Below, in pieces: positions 63,535 to 64,000 of a DNA stretch of 64,000 nt. The position numbers and the translations under genes are program-made. The DNA is from Paramoeba atlantica (Eukaryota; Protista; Discosea): positions 1 to 64,000 of the forward strand of contig CDRNVI010000013.1 of the NCBI GenBank assembly GCA_977017575.1. Reading direction: 5' to 3'. Every line of letters starts with the position of its first letter. The stretch's first letter is position 1. The notes below the pieces were generated by a model, which worked only from the letters and a program-made list of their open reading frames with translations, was not told the origin of the DNA and searched no databases.

Positions 63535-64000
63535 ATGTACCTGGGCGCTGGGGCGCCGCAAGCGACGATCGGAGTGCGTGGAGGATTTCGAGGAAGTAGA
63601 GTGCCTTCGGACACGTCAACGTGGGAATTGTTCGACGAAATCCATGGAGTTGTTGCACAATTTGTGTGGATCGGTCATTGGAATGACATCAAGTTTATGT
63701 TTCTTTCGAGCGCCAAAAGTCCTTTTTTGCTCAGGAAACAGAATGCGTTGGTGTATTCTCGGTGGGCAGGTTCGCATATCTCGGCAACGGATGTGTCGCA
63801 AATAGTTCTTGAGCCTTTAAAATCTCTTTCTGCTCGGACCATGTGCCAAATCATTCTTTGCGGGGTTCTTTGCGCTATGATTTCAACGGATGTCGAAGTG
63901 CCGAGGGACAAGTCGACGTGCGTGACGACAGGTACAATTCGTAAAGCTGCTGCGCAGAGTTTGCGTATGGGACGTTGGGTTAACATCATGTTTGCGTTTC
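63535..64000 (+). CDS. Unidentified ORF downstream of the SL, open to the window edge (possible retrocopied mRNA)
   Basis: ATG lies 35 nt after the SL, with 155 open codons by manual translation. No recognisable motif. Confidence 0.35.
   Translation, partial: MYLGAGAPQATIGVRGGFRGSRVPSDTSTWELFDEIHGVVAQFVWIGHWNDIKFMFLSSAKSPFLLRKQNALVYSRWAGSHISATDVSQIVLEPLKSLSARTMCQIILCGVLCAMISTDVEVPRDKSTCVTTGTIRKAAAQSLRMGRWVNIMFAF

Overview
This 64-kb window is a eukaryotic retroelement nest with almost no ordinary host genes. A 35-nt spliced-leader-like sequence (core CAGTTTCTGTAC) points to a euglenozoan (kinetoplastid/diplonemid-like) host; that assignment is an inference. The window contains: (i) at least three diverged families of VIPER/TATE-like tyrosine-recombinase (YR) retrotransposons with split direct repeats (A1-gag-YR/pol-B1-A2-spacer-B2), including one apparently complete copy at 14007-18851, plus relics of further families; (ii) several REL-endonuclease non-LTR elements of the CRE/SLACS type, with two intact ORFs and many fragments; (iii) APE-RT-RNaseH non-LTR elements (ingi/RTE-like); (iv) three short TSD-flanked insertions, a SIRE-like mini-element and a TIR-bounded MITE; (v) arrays of an 18-bp satellite and its variants, which serve as insertion sites. 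The strongest new signal is shared by all three YR families: an in-frame G-G(G/A)U-UUU slippery heptamer leading into the RT/RNaseH ORF (-1 frame), and a single stop codon separating gag from an in-frame YR ORF. This suggests one RNA decoded by both -1 frameshifting and stop readthrough. The same families also share a YxDG RT motif and a C-rich spacer that could pair with the sequence just before B1. Other notable items are SL-capped retrocopies (one fusing a host LsmAD-like segment to an RT), a small beta-rich domain shared by three retroelement classes, and a TSD-free YR insertion that splits a CRE-like RT. Everything was read by eye, and some junctions could be assembly artefacts.
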